NCBI RefSeq assembly: GCF_037042905.1
Contig: NC_087250.1
Coordinates: 16,370,001 to 16,434,000 of the forward strand
From: Lytechinus pictus
Taxonomy: Eukaryota
Direction of reading: 5' to 3'
Length of the DNA stretch: 64,000 bases
In this document: piece by piece, positions 1 to 11,547 of the stretch
Layout of the letters: every line of letters starts with the position of its first letter
Numbering within the stretch: position 1 is the first letter of the stretch
Translations under genes and position numbers: made by a program
The notes under the pieces: generated by a model
The model's input: the letters and a program-made list of their open reading frames with translations, nothing else
What the model was told of the DNA's origin: nothing
Databases searched by the model: none

Positions 1-57
1 GTATCAGCTACCGACATGAAGTGGTAAAAACGAATGTCTGAGTGTCTTTCAGGCAGT

Positions 58-930
58 TCAGTAACGAGTGTGACCACCTCCTGCAGCAATAACGGCTTCA
101 CAGCGCTGTCTCATGGAGCTGATGAGGCGATTGATGTCTCTGACGTCCAGTGCATCCCATGCAGCCTCCAGAGCCACACCCAGCTGCTGCAGTCCAAGTG
201 GATGGGCTTCGAGCTGCTCGAGACTCCTCCCCATCATGTCCCAGACGTGCTCTATCGGGTTTAAGTCCGGGGACCTCGCTGGCCACTCCATACGCTCAAT
301 CCCCTGGCCCTCAAGGAACTCGGTCACCACCCTAGCTCGGTGGGCACGGGCATTGTCATCCATGAAAATGATGTTTTGTCCCACATTTTCTGCAAATGGC
401 ACCACTATAGGTTCAAGGACCTCATCCCTGTACCTCACTCCTGTCATTGCTCCCCCTGGGACCACGTAGAGACGAGTACGGTTGGCGTAGGTGATGCCTC
501 CCCACACCATGACGCTGCCTCCCCCATAACGGTCATGTTCTGCAATACAGGGGTCTGCAAATCTCTCTCCTGGTCGCCTCCAGACTCTCGAACGTCCATC
601 ATTGTGGTCAAGGGAAAATCTGCTCTCATCTGTGAACAGAACTCTACGCCATTGCTGTCTGGTCCATCTGACATGCTCCCGGGCCCAGTTGAGACGAATT
701 CTTCTGTGAGCAGGGGTGAGTGGGACACACTGAGCTGGCCGTCTGGCATGCATATTGGCTCTGTGAAGTCGGTTACGGATTGTTTGAGTGGAAACAATCA
801 CTCCAGTTGCTGCAGCGAAGTCATTGTTGAGGCGGCGTGCACTGTGAAAGCGGTTGCGGAGGCTGAGATTCGTCAAGTAGCGATCATCTCTAGGGGTTGT
901 CGAAACTGGTCGGCCACTGCGGGGTCTCTC
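58..930 (-). pseudogene. Tc1-family transposase (DD34E), N-terminally truncated
   Basis: Translation shows the GRP motif (RPRSGRP), the second HTH region (VSTQTIRNRL), FTDESRF, FMDDNA, WPARSPDLNPIE (34 residues between D and E) and the C-terminal GGHTRY. The first HTH and start codon are replaced by the inverted arm. Confidence 0.92.
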
Positions 931-933
931 GTG

Positions 934-1605
934 TGTGTCCCACTCACCCCTGCTCACAGAAGAATTCGTCTCAACTGGGCCCGGGAGCATGTCAGATGGA
1001 CCAGACAGCAATGGCGTAGAGTTCTGTTCACAGATGAGAGCAGATTTTCCCTTGACCACAATGATGGACGTTCGAGAGTCTGGAGGCGACCAGGAGAGAG
1101 ATTTGCAGACCCCTGTATTGCAGAACATGACCGTTATGGGGGAGGCAGCGTCATGGTGTGGGGAGGCATCACCTACGCCAACCGTACTCGCCTCTACGTG
1201 GTCCCAGGGGGAGCAATGACAGGAGTGAGGTACAGGGATGAGGTCCTTGAACCTATAGTGGTGCCATTTGCAGAAAATGTGGGACAAAACATCATTTTCA
1301 TGGATGACAATGCCCGTGCCCACCGAGCTAGGGTGGTGACCGAGTTCCTTGAGGGCCAGGGGATTGAGCGTATGGAGTGGCCAGCGAGGTCCCCGGACTT
1401 AAACCCGATAGAGCACGTCTGGGACATGATGGGGAGGAGTCTCGAGCAGCTCGAAGCCCATCCACTTGGACTGCAGCAGCTGGGTGTGGCTCTGGAGGCT
1501 GCATGGGATGCACTGGACGTCAGAGACATCAATCGCCTCATCAGCTCCATGAGACAGCGCTGTGAAGCCGTTATTGCTGCAGGAGGTGGTCACACTCGTT
1601 ACTGA
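934..1605 (+). pseudogene. Inverted duplicate of the Tc1 transposase catalytic (DDE) half
   Basis: CVPLTPAHRR...GGHTRY* is the same protein as on the minus-strand copy. It has no DNA-binding domain and no native start. Confidence 0.9.
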
Positions 1606-2190
1606 ACTGCCTGAAAGACACTCAGACATTCGTTTTTACCACTTCATGTCGGTAGCTGATACCCCTCGGGGCCCACTTTTCAGGATGTGCAGTGATGCGA
1701 GAGACATTGTGCAACAACTGAAACCACCCATGCGTGAAATTGATTACAGCGTGTTTAAGGACATTTAGGACAGTTGTACTGAGGTATTTCCAGAAATAAA
1801 ACACCTTGTATAAAATCTTTATGTACGTTTTAAAAAGTGGTCCTTAACTTTTTTTGAGTAGTGTATAATAAATAATTATGATATATAATGTAAAAAACTA
1901 TCACATAATTAGAATTTCATTTCAATTGGCCATTTTTTTCTGGCTCGCTTTTCTCGCTGGCAACAATATCCCACATTTTCTATATGTGCCACCTCAAAAT
2001 ATTTGGTGTATTATGCAACTGCATTGAAGTAATGTGTTGTGTAAATGATATACCTGGGATTTATTCTATAAGGTTTAAAATGGCTTCATATAAAGAGGTA
2101 ACAAGGGTTCCACCCCCGGACTCCACCCGCATATCACTAGCACACGGATGGAAGGGTTCTACAAATAAGAACAAAAAGAAAAGGATAGTA

Positions 2191-2618
2191 AAATTAAGAA
2201 TTTAATTCCAGCTAATGGAGCCAAATTTGGGCGCCCCAATTTGGGGGCGTCTGCCGGGGGGAGGGTGTCCCACTACTTAAAGTGTCAGTTAAAGGACACA
2301 TTCGAAGAATCAGAAGTATTTTATAATGATTTTATATGGTCATCATTGTAAAGGGGAAGTATTAATAATCAGATACATAACTTCACTTTTCAAAATAGTG
2401 ATCAGAGTTTGCAGAAATCAGCTCTCAAAAATGATTTATTTTCATGCCATATTTCTGCCTTCCACCGGTCCTCTTGCGAGCTCCAGCTGAGTGACGTCAC
2501 ACAATGAGCAGTGAGCAGCTGAGCTGACAGCAGACCTTTGGAGACGATCTTTCCAATCAGCGTTTTCTGCTCTTAGAAATTAAGAATTTCATTCCAGCTA
2601 ATGGAGCCCAATTTGGGC
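2191..2618 (+). repeat. Pair of ~42-bp direct repeats (2191-2232 and 2577-2618)
   Basis: AAATTAAGAATTT(A/C)ATTCCAGCTAATGGAGCC(A/C)AATTTGGGC occurs twice with 2 mismatches. Confidence 0.75.
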
Positions 2619-3828
2619 AATGAACATTTTCACATAAATATATATTTAACCAATGTTGAATGAATAACAATACATGTAGATTAAAGAGTGGATTGTATGA
2701 AATAATACTTGCCTTTTTTTTTTTAAAAGTAACGCTGTGTTGATGGTAACAATAATAATAGTTATAGGAAACACAGTCATGAATGATAATAGGTGGCGTC
2801 ATTTTAACCGTTCAAGCCCAGCATGAAGATCAACCTTTCCTTTAAAACACAGTTTTCAGTGACTTTTCACAAAATTAATGTAAGTTGTACGATGCATTAT
2901 GTTTATCATATTTGAAATTGCTTTCTGATCTCCAAAATATACATCGATATATATCCTAACTCGCTTAAAAAGGAATCAAAGCAAGTGAAAGGACACATGT
3001 GCACAAGTTGCACCTTCGCATCACCCGACCGGGTCGCCAGGCGATGGTGCGCCAGATCTTCCGGGTCGGGGATCGTGACATGACCCGCTGGTTATCGCGG
3101 TGTTTTATGTGGACGTACGTACACGTACACGTCGAGTGAAATCTAAAGTATTCGCATCTGCAGTGAACAATTAAGGGCAGACGACGACGTTCACTCGAAC
3201 GATCAGAGGACTGCTAGTACGTCGTTCACGTTCACTACTCCTAAAACTCTACAAAAATCACTCGACCATGCTGCCGCTGCGCGAAGATTACGTAACTTTC
3301 ACCGAAATTAACGCTACACCGTAATGACGATTTCGCGTTATTTAACTTCAAACGCAAGAGTGTATCATTATTGTTTGGTTATGGCATTCACGCCCAGTAA
3401 ATGAAGGGTGTGTACAAATTCCTGGATGGATGAAATTGGAACACAACCGATCGTTTGCTGAAGCTTCTGGAAGTAGCACCCGACACATCTTACAGGATTC
3501 AATCACAACGGAGGAAACATGGTAAATACAACTTGGCATTTAATACATCATACTAACGCAATTAAAATTTTTAATTTAACTGCATGTAGTATATTCTACA
3601 CCAAACAACAAAACAAAGATCTTGACATTACGACTGGCGCCCAAATATATAGTTTCATCAAGGGGCACGTAACATACTTGGAATGGCAATGTGATAAAAT
3701 GTTCTTTATACAGATATCAACTAATGGGGTATTAAATATAAAAAAAAAATTGGATCGCAAGATTTATATTTTCCCGAAGCGCGACTACCAATATACACCT
3801 TGCATCGTTATGATTCTCCGCAAGATTC

Positions 3829-6800
3829 ATGGGGCTAGCTGTATCAACAAGCCATCAGTTGCACCCAATCCAGCCTCAAGCTCCTCTCCAACGCGAATCC
3901 AGTCTCGCAACCCTCAGAATAGGTACTTTCAACTCAAGGGGGGTACACAGCAACAAAAAGTACATCTCTAATATTCTCAGTAACCTCGATATCCTATGCC
4001 TCCAAGAACACTGGCTAACCCCTATGACCTTAGATCATCTTGAACAGTTTAATAGTGACTTCTCAGTAATTTCCAAAGCCCATCAAGATGATACACCATC
4101 CCTAATACCAGGGAGAGGTAGAGGTAAGGGTGGTGTTGCTATCTTCTCACGTAACTCTGTTGCCAGTGTTGCCGAGATCAAATGTAACTCCCCAAGACTG
4201 CTTACTGCCCACATCCAGCTCAAATCAAGTGAGGAGAATATTACAGTCACAAACTGCTATTTACCCAGCAATACTTCACCAGGTGACATTGCTGAGTATC
4301 AGAACTGTCTCTGTACCATATCTGAAATCTTAACTTCTCATCCCCATCATGTCAACATAGTAGCGGGGGACTTCAATGCTGACATCATTAGCAGATCCAC
4401 AAAGAAACCAACAGTAGCAGTGCTCAAGGACTTCATTGCAGCAGAAAATCTTATATCTCTCAATGTCGAACACTGCACAGCCAGCGACTACACCTTCATG
4501 TCAGATGACAGCTCTAAGTGGTCCAATATAGATGGTTTCCTTATCTCCTCTAATACCTCGTGCCGCTTTCATACTCTCTCCATCCATGATGAACACCCAA
4601 TGAACACATCCGACCATCGACTAGTGACAGCCACCTTTAGTACAAATTCTGTTCATCCTAAAGGCACTAGTGACAGAGATGAGGCCTCAAGTTCCACGCC
4701 GCTGGAGCGTCTAAAGATTGATTGGCCACAAGATCATATTGAGGAAGCCTATACTCTCCCCCTGGATAGTGGATACACTATGTGCAGAACTTTTCCAGAC
4801 TCTGCCGTCATTAACTTCATTAACTTCGGATACAGCCTGGATTGACAAAACATTTGAAACTCTCAGTGAGTACATGATAACAGTATCACAATCACTACCC
4901 CACAAGCTACAGGTGCGTTTACCAACTGGAAAAAAGGAATGGACGGAAGAGGTCGCCCAATCATACAAACAGGCTCATAGGGCATGGATAGCTTGGAAGG
5001 CTGCACACAGACCCATGTACCCAAGACCTGAGTGGATAGCATACATCAGATCTAAGAAGCTTTTTCGCAGGAGCCTAAGGCAGTCCAGGGCTATTCTTCG
5101 TCATCGGACACACAAAGCAATAGAATTTGCCAACTCCAACAGCAACCCCTCTCTGTTCTTTAGGCTGGTTAAGGAAAACCGTAGGAAAGGGAAGTCTATG
5201 CAGAGTACACAATCATTGGACATTGGAGGCATTACATACAATGGCAAAAACATCATTGCAGGTTTCGAGGAGCACTTTAGGAACCTGGGGGCAGTACCTT
5301 TGAAGGATTACAACAACAGCTCTCCAAGGACACGGGATACTCCATTAGATAACTCAAGTACCCTTGTCCAATCAAAGGAAGATGTCTGCCCTATCTTCTT
5401 CACTTCCCGTGACCTCGATACTGCCATCTGCTCTCTGAAGAAGGGCAAAGCAAGTGGGGTTGATAACATTATGCCAGAACATGTCATCCATTCCGGCCCA
5501 ATCTGTCGTAGTCTCCTCCTTCTTCTGTTCAACGCGTGCATGGATTTGACACATATCCCCGAGCCTATGAAGCAAGCCCTTGTGTTACCAATACATAAAG
5601 GCAAGGGTAAGCCAACCAATGACCCATCAAGCTATCGTGGAATCTCCCTCACTCCAACCTTCTCCAAAGTACTTGAACTGCTTCTGAAACCCCATCTGGA
5701 AAGCTCTCTTCGAGACTCGAACATCCCTGATGAACTCCAGTTTGGCTTTCAAAAAGGTAGGTCCTGCATCTTGACCTCAGCATGCCTGCAACTGTCCATC
5801 GAGATCAACAGTAGCTACAAGAACTCTACCTACGTTGCTTTCCTAGATGCACAAAAGGCATTTGATTGTGTGTGGCATGATGGCCTCTTCAAGAAGATAC
5901 GTGACACCACTGTTCATCCTTCAATTGTGGCCCTCCTTGCATAATCTTACAAAGATGCTAATAGCAAGGTTCTTTGGGAAGGAAGAGCATCTAATTCAAT
6001 TCTACTGGAAAAAGGTGTGAGACAGGGTGCCATACTCTCACCATCCCTATACACACTCTTTATCGACAACCTGATAAAGACCCTCAAAGAGAAAGGTCTA
6101 GGATGCAGTTTTCAGGGGAGGTATACAGGTATAATCGTTCTCGCAGATGATGTAGCCCTACTTGCCTCCTCTGCTGTTGAGCTACAAGAGATGCTATCCG
6201 TCACCCATGAGTACACCAAGAGGTGGCAATACTCCATCAACCCCTCTAAAAGTGCTGTTGTTGTCTTCAATGAGAAGTACACCTCTCTTGACAAAAGGCA
6301 ACAATCTTCATGGATGCTGGCTGAGGGTCAGTCCATCAATAAGGTTTTACAACAGCCCCACCTAGGTATCACCAAGTCTTCAATGCGATCTGACCCTACC
6401 ATAGACATCATTGCAAGAGGACTTAGGACCTTTTACTCCCTCCATGGTGTCGGAGCGTATACATCGGGCCTATCTCCACACCTCTGTGCGAAGCTGTGGA
6501 CAGTATTCTGTGTCCCCAGGATGTTATATGGCTCCTCTATCGTCTCCTTAACATCCCACCAGGCTAACCGCATAAACATCGCCCAAAACCAGTTATTTAA
6601 GAAGATTTTGGGAATCCCTCAGAGTGCAGCGAATGAATCAGTGTTTCTTCTCACGGGCATTACCCCCCTCATGTCACAAGTAGAACTGGATAGCCTCCTC
6701 ATCATAGGTCAGCTAACATCATTATCTGAAGACCGCTTTGAGAAGAGGGCATTTGTACATGCTTCTATCCGCGGTGTACCCCTCGTGAAATCCTGGAACC

Positions 6801-7396
6801 TCCTTCTCTTCAAGTACAACCTACCAACCCTTCTCTGCCTAATTGAACACCCGATCCCATATTACAAGTGGAAAGCCATATGTAGGAAGTCCATCTATTC
6901 AAAAGTGCTGCAGGACACTACCAATGCCATTGCATCTAAGTCATCGCTGTCCTTTTGGAAAGATATTGACAGTCTCCCACCATCTTCTCTGCTATTTCCA
7001 GAAGGATTAGCCCCTCATCTCCGTAAGGCACAGATTATCAGAGCTCAGCTCCTCACCCAAACATACCCGACCCAGAAGCGTCTCTCAAAAATTGGCAAAT
7101 CCCAAACTGCCTCCTGCCTGCTATGCAAAGATGGTGATGAAGACACCCTTCACTTTATCTCCTCTTGTAGCCATCTACATTCTCAGCGAGTCGCCTTTAT
7201 GGCAAATGCCAACAAGATGCTGCCTGATTTGGGGATGAGTGCCAGTCTCCACATGGATGACCCTCTAGCATTTGCCCTGCAAATTCTCCTCCCAAACCAA
7301 GACCTCTCTGCAAACACTGTAAAATCTTTTACGACACTTGCCCTCAATTTCTTGCTGAAAATCCATATGTTTAGATCTTCTACACTTGAATCCTAG
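3829..7396 (+). pseudogene. LINE ORF2 (EN-RT) broken by one frameshift (~4763-4775) and one in-frame TAA (5942-5944)
   Basis: ORFs 3829-4845, 4718-5944 and 6017-7396 join into one ORF. The sequence after the stop reads SYKDANSKVLWEGRASNSILLEKGVRQG in frame. Confidence 0.88.
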
Positions 7397-7528
7397 TCCT
7401 CTCTGCTGAATACGTCTACCTTCTCTGACTGACCTCTCTTACAATACATACTAAGCTACATATACCATTTTGTGCAGGATCTCTCTGCTGATCTCCGAAG
7501 CTAACGGAGGAAGAAGAAGAAGAAGAAG
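3829..7528 (+). mobile_element. Non-LTR retrotransposon (APE endonuclease + RT + C-terminal CCHC), RTEX-like; 5' boundary not resolved
   Basis: APE motifs LCLQEHWL, GGVAI, CYLP, AGDFNAD, SDH; RT motifs YRGISLT, QFGFQ, FLDAQKAFD, GVRQGAILSP, LADD; C-terminal CLLC...HFISSC; short 3' UTR ending in (GAA)n at ~7510-7528. The clade call is inference. Confidence 0.9.
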
Positions 7529-8334
7529 TATAGCCAGAAAAGAGAGTAAAAGATAGAAAACGTTTTCAGAATATAAATTTGAGATCGTGGCGTATAATAA
7601 GAACATGTTTGAGGTAAGAACGTTTTCAGAATACCATCCTGGACTTATGTGGTGTGTATATAAGCGTTGATCGCATTTCACTATTTAAAAGCGTGTGAAC
7701 ATTATTTTCTTTTTTTGACAAAGTGTGATGGCACCTGGCACATGTGGTCTGGGCTGTAAACCAGGGTTGTCAATTTTTTTGATTTTTAAAAAAAAATAAA
7801 AAAAATCGGATTTTTATGATTTAAATCGGATTTTTATGATTTAAATCAGATTTTTTTTATTTTTTCCAACGAAAAATAATGGTCACACTTAACAAGTTTT
7901 AAACTATATTTAAACTGTTTTACACCAATAATAGTGGTCAAGTAGTCTTTTGAACATTGTGTATTGTACTATTTGACACAATAATCCACTTATATACAGG
8001 TAATTTTTTTTTTAATTCTTTTTTTGGAGTGCTTCTCTAAATGATAACACTTTAAAGCATTGTTTGCTCTGTTTCATTTCTATATTCCCATAGACATGTT
8101 AGCATACACGTGAGAACATGCAACTCAGATTTTTTAAACTGAACACAATGTTAACCAATGCCTTTAAGCCATGCATTGTAAAGCTTTATCATATTAAGAC
8201 TTCCCTGATAGCAGACACGGTCGTAATGACGTCATTAACTGATCGTAAAGTGGTAATACTCGTCATGTCGTCGTATTTATGACGTTCTTACGACGTCATT
8301 TTGACGACTTAGAATGGCAACTTTCTTTTGCATT

Positions 8335-8750
8335 TTTATTTGACCAGATTATGACGTGATTACGACGTCATTTACTGACCAATTTACGACAAGTAACTTT
8401 GCTTTCTTATATGACCAGATTATGACGTGATTCTGACGTCATTTACTGACCAACTTTACGACAAGTAAATTTGCTTTCTTATATGACCAGATTATGACGT
8501 GATTACGACGTCATTTATTGACCAATCTGCGACAAATAAATTTGCATTTTTATATGACCACATTATGACGTGATTATGACATCATTTATTTACCAAACAA
8601 CGAAAGAAGCGTTTTCATACGACCATATTATGACGTGATTATGACATCAATTATTTACCAAACAACGACAAAGAAATTTGCGTTTTCATATGACCACATT
8701 ATGACGTGATTATGACATCAATTATTTACCAATCAACGACGAGGAAATTT
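8335..8750 (+). repeat. ~60-bp tandem subterminal repeats (TGACCAGATTATGACGTGATTACGACGTCATTTA core), about 6-7 copies
   Basis: Directly visible repeated units, mirrored by reverse-complement units at 15490-16060. Confidence 0.85.
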
Positions 8751-9525
8751 ACAAGTTTAATTTCAAAGCCACATACTATTTTGCAATTTTTCAACCTTGC
8801 CATGTTAGCAAGGCTATTTCTACTTAGATAAGGAAAAGTTAAGCTAAAAAAAAATAGTACAGAATTTTTTTCTTTTTTAGGTAAAGTATATCATTCTTCA
8901 AAGAAAAAAAGCTTCAAAAGCAGTGGCAAAAATAATCATTTCTTAACTAGTTGCCAACCAAACCAAACAAGAGGAAGCTTTATATGTCAAAGAAGTTTTT
9001 AGCTATTATAAAACTTTTTTTTCGTAATTGGTGTTATGCCCCCGGTGTCATGCAAACCCCCTAACTAGTTAGCTCACCCCCCCCCCCTATAAAAAATTAA
9101 TGATTTAATTCGCCGGGCGTCGGGCCTGCGCATGCGCGCTGCACTGCATGCAACTGGCAAGTCGCAATTATTTGAAAAAGGTATGCATGCGCCCGTTTTT
9201 CGCCGTTATTATGTTGTGTTATGTTGCAGCCTAATTTTGAATCGAGAATTATGTGCGACGAAGATGGCCGTTAATAATAGTTCTACTACTTTAAGAACAC
9301 GGGTCAGATTTGGACAACGACTTCGAAGGCATTCGCAGTAGACCAATCAGTAAGTTAGATAACCATTTTCTAAGATTTTCTTTTCGGAGCGCGGCTTGCA
9401 GCCACGTACCGTAGCTAGCTTGCCTGTTTGGCTTTAGATCTTGTGCACTGACACTGCCCGGCCGGGGTGGCTGCCCCGAGCGCCGGCATGCTGTATAGAC
9501 TATAGGCCCAACCAAGCCTGCACAC

Positions 9526-9850
9526 TAAAAGGTAAATGCCAGTTGTGGTAACGATATCAAAATGAGTTCGTACAGAATCCAATGAAATGACCACCAAAGT
9601 GTCTGTCTATAATGTGCCAAAGGATTCTGGAAGAAATAGTGTAATTGCTGAGAAATCAGCAAAAAAAGCACAGGATTCGGTTCAAGCGTCGGGCCGACAT
9701 TCAGAGCAATAATAGTTTAATACACTGTCCCACGTGCTCTTATATGTGTTGGTGATCTTCAGTGTGAACATTTTTCAGCGTAGATTTGAATATTTCACAA
9801 AGTTCAGTTTATGTAACTGTACCAGATCTACATGTAGATCCTCGATGATA
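9526..9850 (+). mobile_element. Truncated MITE-like repeat; related copies at 13660-13950 and 14120-14790
   Basis: Shared blocks AAAATGAGTTCG(T/A)ACAGAATCCAA, AATTGCTGAGAAAT, TAATACACTGTCCCAC and GTACCAGAT. Confidence 0.6.
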
Positions 9851-9859
9851 TATGGTGAG

Positions 9860-10476
9860 ACTACCACATATCGACCACCTCTTTTGAAACCGACCACCTT
9901 GCGCGCGTTAAAATTATTGCGTATTACAAACGATACGCGCGGGAGAGTAGGCGCAGTGTCCATAGAAACGGTAAGAATCGATCTTACGAGAAAAAAAGAA
10001 GCAACAAAAAGTAAAAATTTAGTAGAATTAATCAAAATTGTATTGACCAGACCCAATTCCCGCTGAAAAACCAAGAAATCCGATAGGAAACGGCTTTAGA
10101 ACAAATATCCGTCGTCAATCGTCGAATCATGTGCCGGAGCTCGCAGTGGAAGTAGTGAGACGATCATTTAGCATATGTTGACATCATAGAACTGATTTGG
10201 AAGAGTAAAAATATTTCGCCACCGCGACAAGAATCGGCCGTAAACTTAGTGTATCGCGGGTGGTCGGTTTCAAAAGACGGGTGCAAATGAGCAAATGTAA
10301 AATCGTCGTATTCGTTGTTCGTCGATATATACGCGGATTGAATCGGAGTCGCCGAGCGAAACATGGGAATCTGATCTGCTCAATTTTCTGCACAAATGGG
10401 ACTAAAACTGGGTAAAATTGATGAATATTTTCGCAGATACGATGCTGAGAAGATTAGGTGGTCGATAAGGGGTAGT
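9860..10476. mobile_element. Small inverted-repeat element (MITE-like)
   Basis: ACTACCACATATCGACCACCT (9860) pairs imperfectly with AGGTGGTCGATAAGGGGTAGT (~10456-10476); CTTTTGAAACCGACCACC (9881) pairs with GGTGGTCGGTTTCAAAAG (10259). No TSD identified. Confidence 0.5.
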
Positions 10477-10529
10477 TCCAACCATACTGACAATTTAATC
10501 TCCTGGGGTATTTTGATTCTTGTCATTCC

Positions 10530-11266
10530 CCGGGGGGGGGGGGGGGCATTATTGCCCCCCCTCCCTTATATAAGATCTCAGGCTCAGCCGCGGATTGCCC
10601 GATCACAACAAAAATTTGCATGATGGTAGATAATGACGTAATCTACGTAGTTGCATTGGTAAATTTCACTGAATTCATATATTTTTATTTTATATTGAAT
10701 TAATTATGCTACTTTATTCATGAAATCATACTTTTGGCTCTGAATAAAGCTCCTAGAATGCTATTTTTTAGGTGAAAATATTCTTTATAGGCAGCATTCC
10801 TAACAATTGTGAATGAAAAAAATTCTGGTACCAAGACCGATTTCCAATGTATTTTATTGTTTTGTTTATTTCTTATGTATTTCTTTGTTTTTTTACTTTT
10901 TTGTTTTTTATTGTATTTTCGATGGAAATTGTTCCAGACTTAATTATAATCATAAACAAGGCAAAATTAATTAAGTTTAATCAGTAAAAGTAGAAATAAT
11001 GATAAATTCATGAATTTTGGCTAAATACACAATTTGCAATGAATTTGTACATGAAATCATGTTTATGAGCAATTTTGGGTCTGATTTCCCCTTTATAATG
11101 TCGTAACCGCGTACCCGGGCCTCACAAATTTGGTCTCAAAATTTGCGCGAGACTTGAAAGTAAAAAGTCAGTGAGCGGCGCGATCAAAAATTTTGTGCGA
11201 CAGCGTAGTGATGAAATTTGTTGAGGGGGGGTCAATTTGACCCCCCCCCAGTTTAATAAGGGTTAA
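10530..11266. mobile_element. Partial TTAA-ended (piggyBac-like) non-autonomous element
   Basis: Right end GGGGGGGTCAATTTGACCCCCCCCC...AGGGTTAA; a similar G-run/C-run hairpin at 10532-10561. The left TTAACCCT end was not found. Confidence 0.45.
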
Positions 11267-11360
11267 GGCCGTTACATGAAATGCCCTATATTCATTATTT
11301 TTCTACCAAAAGCACCATTTTGAGTAAGATTTTTAATGAATAGATCTGTTTGACATTTCA

Positions 11361-11547
11361 GGAGAAAGAGAGGGAGACACAAAACCACCTGTCCCGGTGT
11401 CACACATGAGGAGGAGATGAAGTCGGTGAATATGACCTGGCCTGGGGGAGTTTCCAGAAGAAGGCCCAGAATCGCCGGATGCCAGGAGTGGAGATCCTTC
11501 GTTGCTGCCCTACATGCTAGGAGGCATCGGGCAGTAGGTAAGTAAGA
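11361..11547 (+). mobile_element. 3' fragment of an RTE-clade LINE
   Basis: Degenerate translation resembling RGRxKTT...EEEMKSVNMTW...QKKAQNR..EWRSFVAALHARRH, then a GTAGGTAAGTAAG tail, as in RTE/BovB-type C-termini. Confidence 0.7.

Larger units (their letters stand above)
1..1863. mobile_element. Palindromic (fold-back) Tc1/mariner element; left end lies outside the window
   Basis: 1..730 is the reverse complement of 933..1662, around a 202-bp spacer. The right end is ...GTGGTCCTTAACTTTTTTTGAGTAGTG (ends 1863) followed by TA, a Tc1-type terminus. Confidence 0.92.

Noticed and set aside
340..933. Novel N-terminal domain on the two 421-aa ORFs (MGTGIVIHEND...)
   Set aside because: It is the antisense read of the other palindrome arm and starts at a GTG, so it is a by-product of the fold-back.
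2289..2845. TTAAAGG...CCTTTAA Kolobok-like MITE
   Set aside because: The ends do not pair beyond the first few bases.
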